From the NCBI RefSeq assembly GCF_040365225.1, contig NZ_AP028055.1, positions 1,059,074 to 1,099,073 of the forward strand: a DNA stretch of 40,000 nt, in the 5' to 3' direction. This document shows positions 26,737 to 34,304 of this stretch, in pieces. The translations under genes and the position numbers were made by a program. Numbering within the stretch: position 1 is the first letter of the stretch; each line of letters begins with the position of its first letter. The stretch is from Bacteroides sedimenti (GTDB taxonomy: Bacteria; Bacteroidota; Bacteroidia; Bacteroidales; Bacteroidaceae). Under the pieces are notes generated by a model. The model saw only the letters and a program-made list of their open reading frames with translations, was not told the DNA's origin and searched no databases.

Positions 26737-27630
26737 TCAGTCAATGAATCTTTTCACAATTTCTCCATATTCATCAATTCTACGGTCACGAAGGAAAGGC
26801 CACCAGCGACGAACATTTTCCGAACGGGTAAGGCTCACCTCAACAACCATATTCTCCGGCTCCTGATTTCCTGCCTGAGCCAGGAATTCCCCTTGCGGAC
26901 CAGCCACAAAACTGTTTCCCCAGAATTGAATACCCTTGGTGTTTCCCGATGGATCCGCTTCGTGACCAACACGATTCACGGAAATAACCGGAAGACCGTT
27001 GGCTACTGCATGTGCACGTTGTGAGATAATCCAGGCATTCAGCTGCCTGCTCTTCTCATCTTCTGGGTCCGAACTTTCCCAACCTATGGCGGTAGGATAA
27101 ATAAGCACTTCGGCACCGCGAAGGGCCATCAGGCGAGCAGCTTCGGGATACCATTGATCCCAGCAGACAAGAATACCCAGTTTTCCGAGGGAAGTCTGGA
27201 TGGGTTGAAAGCCCAGATCGCCCGGAGTGAAGTAAAACTTCTCGTAGTATGCCGGATCATCAGGGATATGCATTTTACGGTATTTACCTGCTATGGAGCC
27301 ATCGGTATCGAATACCACGGCTGTGTTGTGATATAATCCGGGAGCGCGCTTCTCAAACAGGGAAGTTACGAGCACTATTCTGAGGGCAGCCGCAATCTCT
27401 CCGTAAAAACCGGTAGAAGGGCCGGGGATAGGTTCGGCCAGATCAAAATTATTGGTATTCTCCTCTTGACAGAAGTAGAGCGAATTGTGCAACTCCTGAA
27501 GCACCACTAATTGCGCACCCTGAGCCACGCATGCCTCAATGTTCGCGGCAAGTTGTTTCAGGTTCTCTTTTAGATTGTCTGTATTGGCTTGCTGTACCAA
27601 TCCTACCTTTATGGTTCTGTTATCCATCAT
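26737..27630 (-). CDS. aguB: N-carbamoylputrescine amidase (carbon-nitrogen hydrolase)
   Basis: A canonical nitrilase-superfamily triad context is present: VVLQELH, YRKMHIP, ILVCWDQWYPE. It lies directly downstream of agmatine deiminase. The ORF-track start at 27633 is a GTG. I use the adjacent ATG at 27630. Confidence 0.88.
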   Translation of the reverse strand: MMDNRTIKVGLVQQANTDNLKENLKQLAANIEACVAQGAQLVVLQELHNSLYFCQEENTNNFDLAEPIPGPSTGFYGEIAAALRIVLVTSLFEKRAPGLYHNTAVVFDTDGSIAGKYRKMHIPDDPAYYEKFYFTPGDLGFQPIQTSLGKLGILVCWDQWYPEAARLMALRGAEVLIYPTAIGWESSDPEDEKSRQLNAWIISQRAHAVANGLPVISVNRVGHEADPSGNTKGIQFWGNSFVAGPQGEFLAQAGNQEPENMVVEVSLTRSENVRRWWPFLRDRRIDEYGEIVKRFID

Positions 27631-27660
27631 CACTTTGTTATTTGAATGTTTTTGGCTGAA

Positions 27661-28776
27661 TTATTTAATCACTCCCTCGGGAAATTGCATGGTTACGCAA
27701 TGCAGTGAACCGTGCTGCTTAATTAAGGCGCGACAGTCGATGCCTATAATCTCTTTTCCAGGGAATGCTTCGGCAAGTACCTCCGCGGCTGCCGCATCAT
27801 TCTTCTTCTGGTCGTAAGTAGGAAACAGCACTGCACCGTTAATGACCAGGAAGTTTGCATAGGTGGCCGGCAAACGCTCGCCATCTTCCACAATGGAATC
27901 TGCCATCGGCAAAGCCAGAAGGCGATAAGGTTCGCCTTTCAGCGTGTGGAATGTGCCAAGTTGTTCTTCCATCTTCTGCAGCTCTTCAAAATGCTCATCT
28001 TCCGGATTGGTACACTTCACATAAGCAATGGTGTTGTTCGGGCACAAGCGAGCCAATGTATCCACATGGCTATCGGTGTCATCACCGGCCAGATAGCCAT
28101 AATCCAACCAAAGAATCTGTTCCACATGTAAGGTCGAGCGCAGATAATCGTTAATATCGGTCTGGTTCATGGGCTGATTTCTGTGAGGAGCCAGCAAGCA
28201 GGTGGAAGTTGTCAGCAGAGTTCCACGCCCGTCGCTTTCAATCGAACCACCTTCCAGGACGAAGTCCAGGTGACTCTTGTATTCGCTCTTGAAAAAGCCT
28301 CCATCATACACTTTGCGGGTAATCTGATTATCGAGAGATGCCTCAAATTTATCTCCCCAGCCATTAAAGCGGAAGTCGAGTAGAAGGGGAGAGGTTGTGT
28401 CGAGCAGGGTGATGGCACCGTGATCACGAGCCCAGGTATCGTTTGTTTCGCATTCAAAGAAGCGCACATTTTCCATGTTTACCCGGTTGGCAATCTGCTT
28501 CTTAACCGTTTCCACCTCGGGGGTGACGATCAAGAGCAATTCTCTTTTCGCAATTTCGCGGGCAATTTCTACAAAACATGCCTGCACTTCGTCCAGCATG
28601 TATGCCCAGTCAGTTCCGGCATGAGGCCATGTAAGCTGAACGCCGCTCTGTTTGTGCCACTCAGACGGCAAATAAGGACCACGAAGCTCTTCGAGCGAGC
28701 CGAAAGGATTTGCCCAATCAACCTGTAGGTCTTTCTCTTCGTCCCCATTTTTGGGGAGACTCATTAACAAGCCCAT
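27661..28776 (-). CDS. aguA: Agmatine deiminase
   Basis: 371 aa of the PAD_porph/agmatine deiminase family. Motifs WARDHGAIT, DSHVD and the C-terminal catalytic-Cys motif GSLHCVTMQ are present. Confidence 0.9.
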   Translation of the reverse strand: MGLLMSLPKNGDEEKDLQVDWANPFGSLEELRGPYLPSEWHKQSGVQLTWPHAGTDWAYMLDEVQACFVEIAREIAKRELLLIVTPEVETVKKQIANRVNMENVRFFECETNDTWARDHGAITLLDTTSPLLLDFRFNGWGDKFEASLDNQITRKVYDGGFFKSEYKSHLDFVLEGGSIESDGRGTLLTTSTCLLAPHRNQPMNQTDINDYLRSTLHVEQILWLDYGYLAGDDTDSHVDTLARLCPNNTIAYVKCTNPEDEHFEELQKMEEQLGTFHTLKGEPYRLLALPMADSIVEDGERLPATYANFLVINGAVLFPTYDQKKNDAAAAEVLAEAFPGKEIIGIDCRALIKQHGSLHCVTMQFPEGVIK

Positions 28777-28779
28777 ATA

Positions 28780-29316
28780 TTACTTTCTTTCTCTTGGTTT
28801 ACGATCAAAAAAAGGATTCTTGCTGGAGCAGCTTATCGGGATGGCAATTACGTTTCTGCATCCGCTTAACCAGTCAAGACTCTGCGCTGCCAGTCCGGCA
28901 GAAAACATCACGCGCGAATCAACGCGCAGGTCGGCCGCAGTAGCACACGCCGAGCCTATGGCAATGCCCACATCAATGCTGTTGATGGCACAAGGAGTAT
29001 CAGCCGGCTTCTCGGCACAGGTCGCAAATCCGCAGTAGGCGCAATTCAGCCCTTGTACTTGTTCTCGCGTCCCGATCAGGACAATCGCTTCGGCAGATAG
29101 TATGTTATCTGCATCCCGAAGAAAGAACATAAGCCCATTTTCCCCATTCAATCTGATCATCTCATCAGACAGAATCTTAATCTCCTTACCTGTAACAACA
29201 GCCGTTTCAATCACATCTACCCCTTTTCCTTTAGGAGCAGTACGCGCTGCCGTCATCATCTGTTTCGCCACATTGAGCATATGTTCGTGGCGGGAATCTC
29301 TTTCATTTAATATCAT
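28780..29316 (-). CDS. DUF2148-like Cys-rich protein, first gene of the aguA-aguB operon
   Basis: Starts MILNERDSRHEHMLNVAKQMMTAARTAPKGKG. A Cys cluster CAYCGFATC...C is present. Its stop lies 3 nt before the aguA ATG. I chose the ATG at 29316 over the ORF-track ATG at 29367 because a -7 box (29345-29352) lies inside the longer ORF. The family name is from memory. Confidence 0.65.
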   Translation of the reverse strand: MILNERDSRHEHMLNVAKQMMTAARTAPKGKGVDVIETAVVTGKEIKILSDEMIRLNGENGLMFFLRDADNILSAEAIVLIGTREQVQGLNCAYCGFATCAEKPADTPCAINSIDVGIAIGSACATAADLRVDSRVMFSAGLAAQSLDWLSGCRNVIAIPISCSSKNPFFDRKPRERK

Positions 29317-29344
29317 ACCTATCTTTATACATTGAATAAGTCTG

Positions 29345-29352
29345 CAAATATA
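29345..29352 (-). promoter_or_regulatory. Bacteroides-type -7 box (TATATTTG on minus strand) for the DUF2148-aguA-aguB operon
   Basis: Matches TAnnTTTG, 28 nt upstream of the ATG at 29316. Confidence 0.45.
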
Positions 29353-29400
29353 ATTGTTTGGAATCATTTGTCAAAACATAACTATGTGTTATTAAATTGC

Positions 29401-29472
29401 CGTACAAAACAATCTATTCTTCTGTACAAAAGAATGAATTGTTCTGTACAGAAGAAAACAATCTTTTGTACA
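29401..29472. promoter_or_regulatory. Array of four TGTACA-core sites at exact 22-bp phasing (candidate operator/activator sites)
   Basis: GTACA starts at 29402, 29424, 29446 and 29468. The cores read CGTACA, TGTACA, TGTACA, TGTACA. The third site is a perfect 12-bp palindrome TTCTGTACAGAA (29442-29453). Confidence 0.6.
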
Positions 29473-29479
29473 AGATAAA

Positions 29480-29510
29480 TTTGATTTAACGAGTATATTT
29501 TTTATCTTTA
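29480..29510 (+). promoter_or_regulatory. Candidate promoter of the HU-like/fetAB operon (-33 TTTG, -7 TATCTTTA)
   Basis: TTTG at 29480-29483, a 19-nt spacer, then TATCTTTA at 29503-29510 (7/8 match to TAnnTTTG). It lies 26 nt upstream of the ATG at 29537. Confidence 0.4.
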
Positions 29511-29536
29511 CGATATTAATTATAATAAAAAAAGAT

Positions 29537-29977
29537 ATGTCAATAGAATTTAAGGCAACCAAGGTAAATAATAACATGAAGCCCGATGAAGAGCCTCGGT
29601 ATTATGCAAAAGCAGTGACAAAAGGCACGGTTACGCTGAATAGAATCATTGAGGATATGTGCGCTGAAAGTACACTTTCAAAGGCCGATATTGTTGCTGT
29701 TGTGGCTGGACTAGGCAAGCATCTGATTGAAAATCTAAAGGATGGATATACTGTAAAAATCGATTCGTTGGGAACTTTCTCCACGTCGGTAAAAAGCCCA
29801 ACAGTGGACAGTGAAGACGAGGTTCGTCCCAAAGATGTATCATTCAGTAAGATAAATTATCTACCGGAAGTACATATGCTGGAAAGCTTCAGAGACGTGG
29901 CTTTTAAGAAAGTAGTAACCAAAGAAGAAGCCAAAATTTCCAGACCCAGAGGCCGTAAACCCATTCGTCGAAAATAA
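29537..29977 (+). CDS. Bacteroidetes-type HU-family DNA-binding protein with AT-hook-like C-terminal tail
   Basis: 146 aa. It has an HU-fold pattern (LSKADIVAVVAGLGKHLIENLKDGYTVKIDSLGTFS). The C-terminus reads SRPRGRKPIRRK. Confidence 0.75.
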   Translation: MSIEFKATKVNNNMKPDEEPRYYAKAVTKGTVTLNRIIEDMCAESTLSKADIVAVVAGLGKHLIENLKDGYTVKIDSLGTFSTSVKSPTVDSEDEVRPKDVSFSKINYLPEVHMLESFRDVAFKKVVTKEEAKISRPRGRKPIRRK

Positions 29978-29982
29978 ATACA

Positions 29983-30603
29983 ATGCTGAAAATAGAAAAT
30001 GCCTGCATTACTTATGGAGAGACCGAAATTTTCAATGGTCTGACACTGGAGATTAAAAAGGGCGAATTAGCTTGTGTCTCAGGAGAGTCGGGGTGTGGAA
30101 AAACCTCTCTTTTAAATGCAGTTATGGGGTTTATTCCATTAAGCAGCGGAACCATCACTATAGATGGAATGTTGCTTAACGAAGAGAATATTGATCTGAT
30201 TAGAAAAAAAATAGCCTGGATACCACAGGAATTAGCTCTTCCTTGCGAATGGGTAAAAGAAATGGTTCATCTTCCGTTTAACCTGAAGGCAAACAAGGGA
30301 GTGCATTTCTCAAAGGAAAAACTGTTCGAGGCATTTAAAGAGTTGAATCTGGAAGAAGAACTATACAACAAACGAGTGAGTGAAATATCGGGTGGTCAAC
30401 GACAGCGGATTATGATTGCTGTGGCTGCTTTACTCGAGAAACCTTTGTTGATCATTGACGAACCGACTTCTGCACTAGATGCCTCCTCGGCTGAAAGAGT
30501 GGCTAATTTTATTAATATGCTGGCGATGAAAGGAATGACAATTCTTGCAGTATCTCATGATCGTACTTTCAAACTAGGTTGTGATATCGTAATTTATTTG
30601 TAA
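29983..30603 (+). CDS. ABC transporter ATP-binding protein (FetA-like)
   Basis: 206 aa. Walker A GESGCGKTS, signature ISGGQRQR, Walker B LLIIDEPTSALD and H-loop VSHD are present. It starts 5 nt after the HU-like stop. Confidence 0.88.
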   Translation: MLKIENACITYGETEIFNGLTLEIKKGELACVSGESGCGKTSLLNAVMGFIPLSSGTITIDGMLLNEENIDLIRKKIAWIPQELALPCEWVKEMVHLPFNLKANKGVHFSKEKLFEAFKELNLEEELYNKRVSEISGGQRQRIMIAVAALLEKPLLIIDEPTSALDASSAERVANFINMLAMKGMTILAVSHDRTFKLGCDIVIYL

Positions 30604-30608
30604 AGGGT

Positions 30609-31409
30609 ATGGGAACAATTGATATTAGCTACTGGAACCTTGCTATTGGAGTATTGATGATGGGTATTCCGGTGTATTATCTATGGAAGTATAAAACCGG
30701 GCTTGTGCAGTCAACATTAGTCGCATTAGGAAGAATGCTGCTGCAGCTTTTTCTAATCGGAGTATACTTAAAATACTTGTTTATACTTAATCATCCAGTC
30801 ATCAATATTGCCTGGGTATTAATAATGACATGTGTAGCATCTGAGACATCGCTTGTACGTACTCGACTGAAGCGCAGTATTTTATACATCCCTATCTTTG
30901 TCGGTTTTCTCATTGCAGCTACCCTTATAGGTAGCTATTTTATAGGCTTTGTGCTTCAGCTGGATAACATATTCAATGCCCAGTATTTTATCCCTATTTT
31001 CGGAATATTAATGGGAAATATGCTGTCGGTTAACATCATCGGACTGAATACTTTCTATAGCGGCTTGCAACGTGAGCAACAGCAATATTACTATTTGTTG
31101 GGCAACGGAGCATCCCACCATGAGGCTCAGGCGCCTTTCATCCGGCAAGCACTAATCAAAGCCTTCAGCCCGTGCATTGCGAATATGGCTGTTATGGGAT
31201 TGGTTGCACTGCCAGGAACAATGATTGGTCAGATATTAGGAGGAAGTAGTCCAAATGTGGCAATAAAATATCAGATGATGATTGTTGTTATAACATTTAC
31301 CGCTTCGATGCTGTCACTCATGATTACCATTTCATTGGCATCTCGCAAATCTTTTGATAAGTATGGTAGGCTAATCAGAGTCTTTAAAGAGAATAAGAAA
31401 AATGATTAA
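30609..31409 (+). CDS. fetB: ABC transporter permease of the UPF0014/YbbM (FetB, putative iron export) family
   Basis: 266 aa and multi-TM, paired with a small FetA-like ATPase. The family is recognised from its size, topology and pairing. Confidence 0.75.
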   Translation: MGTIDISYWNLAIGVLMMGIPVYYLWKYKTGLVQSTLVALGRMLLQLFLIGVYLKYLFILNHPVINIAWVLIMTCVASETSLVRTRLKRSILYIPIFVGFLIAATLIGSYFIGFVLQLDNIFNAQYFIPIFGILMGNMLSVNIIGLNTFYSGLQREQQQYYYLLGNGASHHEAQAPFIRQALIKAFSPCIANMAVMGLVALPGTMIGQILGGSSPNVAIKYQMMIVVITFTASMLSLMITISLASRKSFDKYGRLIRVFKENKKND

Positions 31410-31680
31410 AGATATTTTGTCACTTGTTGCAAACATACCTACGCCACAATTCTTTGTTACAGCTGATATAATAAAGCATTCATCAGAAGAGCCTAAAGGT
31501 ATAGAGCACTTTATTCTGCAAAAACTTGATGACATAAAGAATGGTGCCAAGGCGAGAAAATATGCATTCAGAGAAAGCGGATGGCAGATTAATTTTACAT
31601 TCTTTCCTACCAATCAGGTTGTGGATAAACGTTACGCCCTGATGAATAAAATGATAAAAGAGAAAAAAAAGATCAGATAA
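31402..31680 (+). CDS. Hypothetical small protein (92 aa), coupled to fetB
   Basis: The ATG at 31402 overlaps the fetB stop (ATGATTAA). I recognise no motif. It has a basic C-terminus. Confidence 0.45.
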   Translation: MIKDILSLVANIPTPQFFVTADIIKHSSEEPKGIEHFILQKLDDIKNGAKARKYAFRESGWQINFTFFPTNQVVDKRYALMNKMIKEKKKIR

Positions 31681-31707
31681 AACTATTGTGATTAAAAAAA
31701 TTAATAT

Positions 31708-31715
31708 TAATTTTG
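31708..31715 (+). promoter_or_regulatory. Bacteroides-type -7 box (TAATTTTG) for tRNA-Glu
   Basis: Matches TAnnTTTG, 12 nt upstream of the tRNA 5' end. Confidence 0.5.
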
Positions 31716-31727
31716 TGGTACAAGTAT

Positions 31728-31800
31728 GGCGGTTTAGTGTAGTGGCCTAGCACGCAACTCTCTCACGGTTGAGACTCGGGTTCGATTCCCGGATCCGCTA
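31728..31800 (+). tRNA. tRNA-Glu (anticodon CUC)
   Basis: Hand-folded. U8, A14, G18G19 and the T loop TTCGATT are present. The anticodon arm is CAACT-CTCTCAC-GGTTG. The acceptor stem GGCGGTT/ATCCGCT has a G1-U72 wobble and a U6-U67 mismatch. Discriminator A, no encoded CCA. Confidence 0.8.
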
Positions 31801-31805
31801 CAAAT

Positions 31806-31845
31806 AGAGGAGGAAACTATAATACAGTTTTACCCCTCTTTTTTA
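31806..31845 (+). terminator. Probable terminator after tRNA-Glu
   Basis: Composite hairpin (AGAGG..GG / CC..CCTCT with an inner AAACT/AGTTT stem) followed by TTTTTT. Confidence 0.45.
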
Positions 31846-32480
31846 TTTTCTTATCCCAGGAGATTTCCGATAGCAATACTTTGTAATACGCTTCAACAAA
31901 ACTGCTTATTCTTATTTGTGTGTTTGACTCTTTAAAACTGATAGTTAATTTTTAATAGTGCCCCAGTTTAAAAATTGAATTCTTCAGTGAGACTATTGAA
32001 TAGTAAAATCGTATTTGTTTTATACTCACGTTTTAATTTTTGTTATTTAAGAATAAAGATTTGCTTTGTATAATTACGGCAACTGATTCCAAAGATAGTG
32101 CAACCAGAATTTTTTAATCAATTATACATTAATACTTAGATAAGAAAATTATTTTGGAGAATAATGAGTCTTTTATTCTTAAATCAAAAAATAACTTCAA
32201 AAAATATATTTGAACTGTAAAGATTCAATTTCCCAATAAATTCATCAAAGAAGAAGAATTTTTAGCACAAAATACAGTCTTGTTTTATAAATGAGGAATT
32301 AAATCAGCAATATTTATTTTTAGAGTTTATAATGGAATGCGCAATATTTTGAGTTATCTTTTTGATATCCAGGTAATTTGATCTATTTTTACGCATTTCT
32401 AATGCCATTTCCTTGCGTTATACAAAATAATTCGGAGGATTGGCAGGAATATTTAATTCTCGAAGCTTAAAATATGATGG

Positions 32481-33020
32481 TTATTCCTCTGCAGTATCTT
32501 CACTAGCACAACGCAAAATAAAAGTTGTTGCTCCGATAGTCACAATCGCACCATCATTCAAAACAATCCGATCTTTATCACCAAGAATTTGATTCATGAG
32601 AAAAGTTCCGGTCAGACTTGGAAAATCTCTCAATGTATATACCAAAGCTTCTTTTTTATTTTTCTTAATATTTATCACGCAGTGCTTTCGGTCCATACTC
32701 ATATCACCTGTTTCAATAGGAGTGGAAATCACATTACCCACACACCTGCGTCCAATCACATTATCGCCTAATGATAAAGGAAGCACCTGTTTGTATCCGA
32801 ATACATTTTCTATAACAACAATGCTGCCGAACTGGTCTTTGTGAGCTTGCTCATCAATTACTTCATTCTTATCCTTCGGCTTTAGTTTAGTTTTACCTAT
32901 ACGAATGCTGAATTGCTTACCACAATGTTCGCATACGAATACAAGAGATTGGCCTTCAGTATATTTTGTTTCGTCAAATGTAAGATAATTCTCACATTTA
33001 GGACATAAAATTCTTTTCAT
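32481..33020 (-). CDS. Zinc-ribbon + FHA-domain protein
   Basis: 179 aa. The N-terminus carries CPKC...CEHC (a 4-Cys ribbon). The C-terminal ~100 aa fit the FHA pattern (LGDNVIGRR...MDRKHCVI...LRDFPSLTGTFLMNQIL...LNDGAIVTIGATTFIL). Confidence 0.75.
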   Translation of the reverse strand: MKRILCPKCENYLTFDETKYTEGQSLVFVCEHCGKQFSIRIGKTKLKPKDKNEVIDEQAHKDQFGSIVVIENVFGYKQVLPLSLGDNVIGRRCVGNVISTPIETGDMSMDRKHCVINIKKNKKEALVYTLRDFPSLTGTFLMNQILGDKDRIVLNDGAIVTIGATTFILRCASEDTAEE

Positions 33021-33032
33021 GATGGAATGTAA

Positions 33033-34124
33033 TTAATTGTTAGTGAGCACCCAAGCATCTTTGAAGTTTGAGTTTTTCTTCAATTGAGAAAGTTTAGTAT
33101 TTGCTTCGGAATCATTTGCAAAAGACATGATGCTTACTCTGATTCTCTTAGTACCTTCAATGTAGCTGGCTCCGGAATATCCTTTTGACTTAAGGTTATT
33201 CACTATTTCCTGAGCATCAGCCCGATTCATCACGCTTGCGATAATAATATGATATGAACCTTTAGTTGCTGTTTGTTGAACTGAATTGGTAGTTACAACC
33301 TTCTTTTCAGCTACTTTTTTGGGGATAACAACCTCTCTTATCGCTTTAGGTTTTAATTGATCACGTTTATTCTGAGCAGTAGCAGCATCAATCGGAGTGT
33401 TCGCATCATCAGAGTTTTCCGAATCAATGTTATTCAAAGTACTCTCTACTTGAGTAAATTTTGTATTTGGGGTAACATCTGACTGGCTATCATTTGTTCT
33501 TAATAACTCAGAAGGAATCAATTGGGCATAACTATTGCTTTCTACATAAGTGTTCTCTATTGGAGTAGACATGAAGAAAAACAAAATAATTGCTGCAGCA
33601 ACCGCTACAGATGTTCTTAATAAAGAGCGACTTACCCTAATCTCAAACACTTCTGAATTTGGTAATCTTGTTTCACTGATTTCGTTATTAGGTTTTACAA
33701 GATCATCAAGTTTGTCTATTTCAAAAGAGCTTAATCCGTAAAGATATGGAGTGAGAAGTCCATCTTCGTAAGGTTTAAATTGCAAAGTATTATGAATTGT
33801 AAAAAACATATCACCAATGCCATGCATTTCAACTTTACCATCTCTATTCAGAACATAAACCAATTCATTTACAGCCTTTTCTACAAGCTTGGACGCATCC
33901 GAAAAGTCTGTGCAGTATGCAGTCATATAGGATTGAACAAGTAATCCATCATTCATTTTTAGTTGAGGATTAAAGCCAATAGTACGGGTAGGAGGAAGGA
34001 AAACGCCCTCATCTTCAATCCATTTGGCTGAAGTATAATGAGATACAAATCCCCCAAAACCGGGAATGATTACACAATCGTTCTCTAAGAGTAAAGCTTC
34101 TGTATGTTTTAGCAATTCAATCAT
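33033..34124 (-). CDS. HU_CCDC81-like N-terminal domain + TM + SPOR-domain protein
   Basis: 363 aa. The N-terminus LLENDCVIIPGFGGFVSHY..FLPPTRTIGFNPQLKMNDGLL is the bacterial CCDC81-type HU pattern. A central TM segment (VAVAAAIILFFFM) is present. The C-terminal SPOR-like YHIIIASVMNRADAQEIVNNLKSKGY...RVSIMSF follows. Confidence 0.75.
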   Translation of the reverse strand: MIELLKHTEALLLENDCVIIPGFGGFVSHYTSAKWIEDEGVFLPPTRTIGFNPQLKMNDGLLVQSYMTAYCTDFSDASKLVEKAVNELVYVLNRDGKVEMHGIGDMFFTIHNTLQFKPYEDGLLTPYLYGLSSFEIDKLDDLVKPNNEISETRLPNSEVFEIRVSRSLLRTSVAVAAAIILFFFMSTPIENTYVESNSYAQLIPSELLRTNDSQSDVTPNTKFTQVESTLNNIDSENSDDANTPIDAATAQNKRDQLKPKAIREVVIPKKVAEKKVVTTNSVQQTATKGSYHIIIASVMNRADAQEIVNNLKSKGYSGASYIEGTKRIRVSIMSFANDSEANTKLSQLKKNSNFKDAWVLTNN

Positions 34125-34128
34125 ATTG

Positions 34129-34136
34129 CAAATGTA
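34129..34136 (-). promoter_or_regulatory. Bacteroides-type -7 box (TACATTTG on minus strand) for the SPOR-FHA operon
   Basis: Matches TAnnTTTG, only 4 nt upstream of the ATG at 34124. This implies a leaderless or near-leaderless mRNA. Confidence 0.35.
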
Positions 34137-34304
34137 ACTCTTTTCTTGATTATAGCTTCATTTTAGCCAATTTTATTATCAACAAATTTTCAACACGAGT
34201 GCAATAAAGAATAGTTGAAACCGTTTACTAATTATAAAAGTTGGCAAGATGGAGTTACTTTTGTTTTTTTCGAATGAAGATTCGTTTCTTAAAAATTAAT
34301 CTGA

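Noticed and set aside
24813-29335. Antisense or overlapping ORFs around aspS, aguB, aguA and DUF2148 (for example 24813-25307 at 164 aa, 25467-25868, 27855-28154, 28420-28728, 28751-29038)
   Set aside because: These are shadow ORFs in the most GC-rich part of the window, opposite genes with clear catalytic motifs.
29392-29577. 61-aa minus-strand ORF covering the TGTACA array
   Set aside because: It is an AT-rich low-complexity translation. It overlaps the HU-like start codon and promoter. The region is better explained as regulatory DNA.
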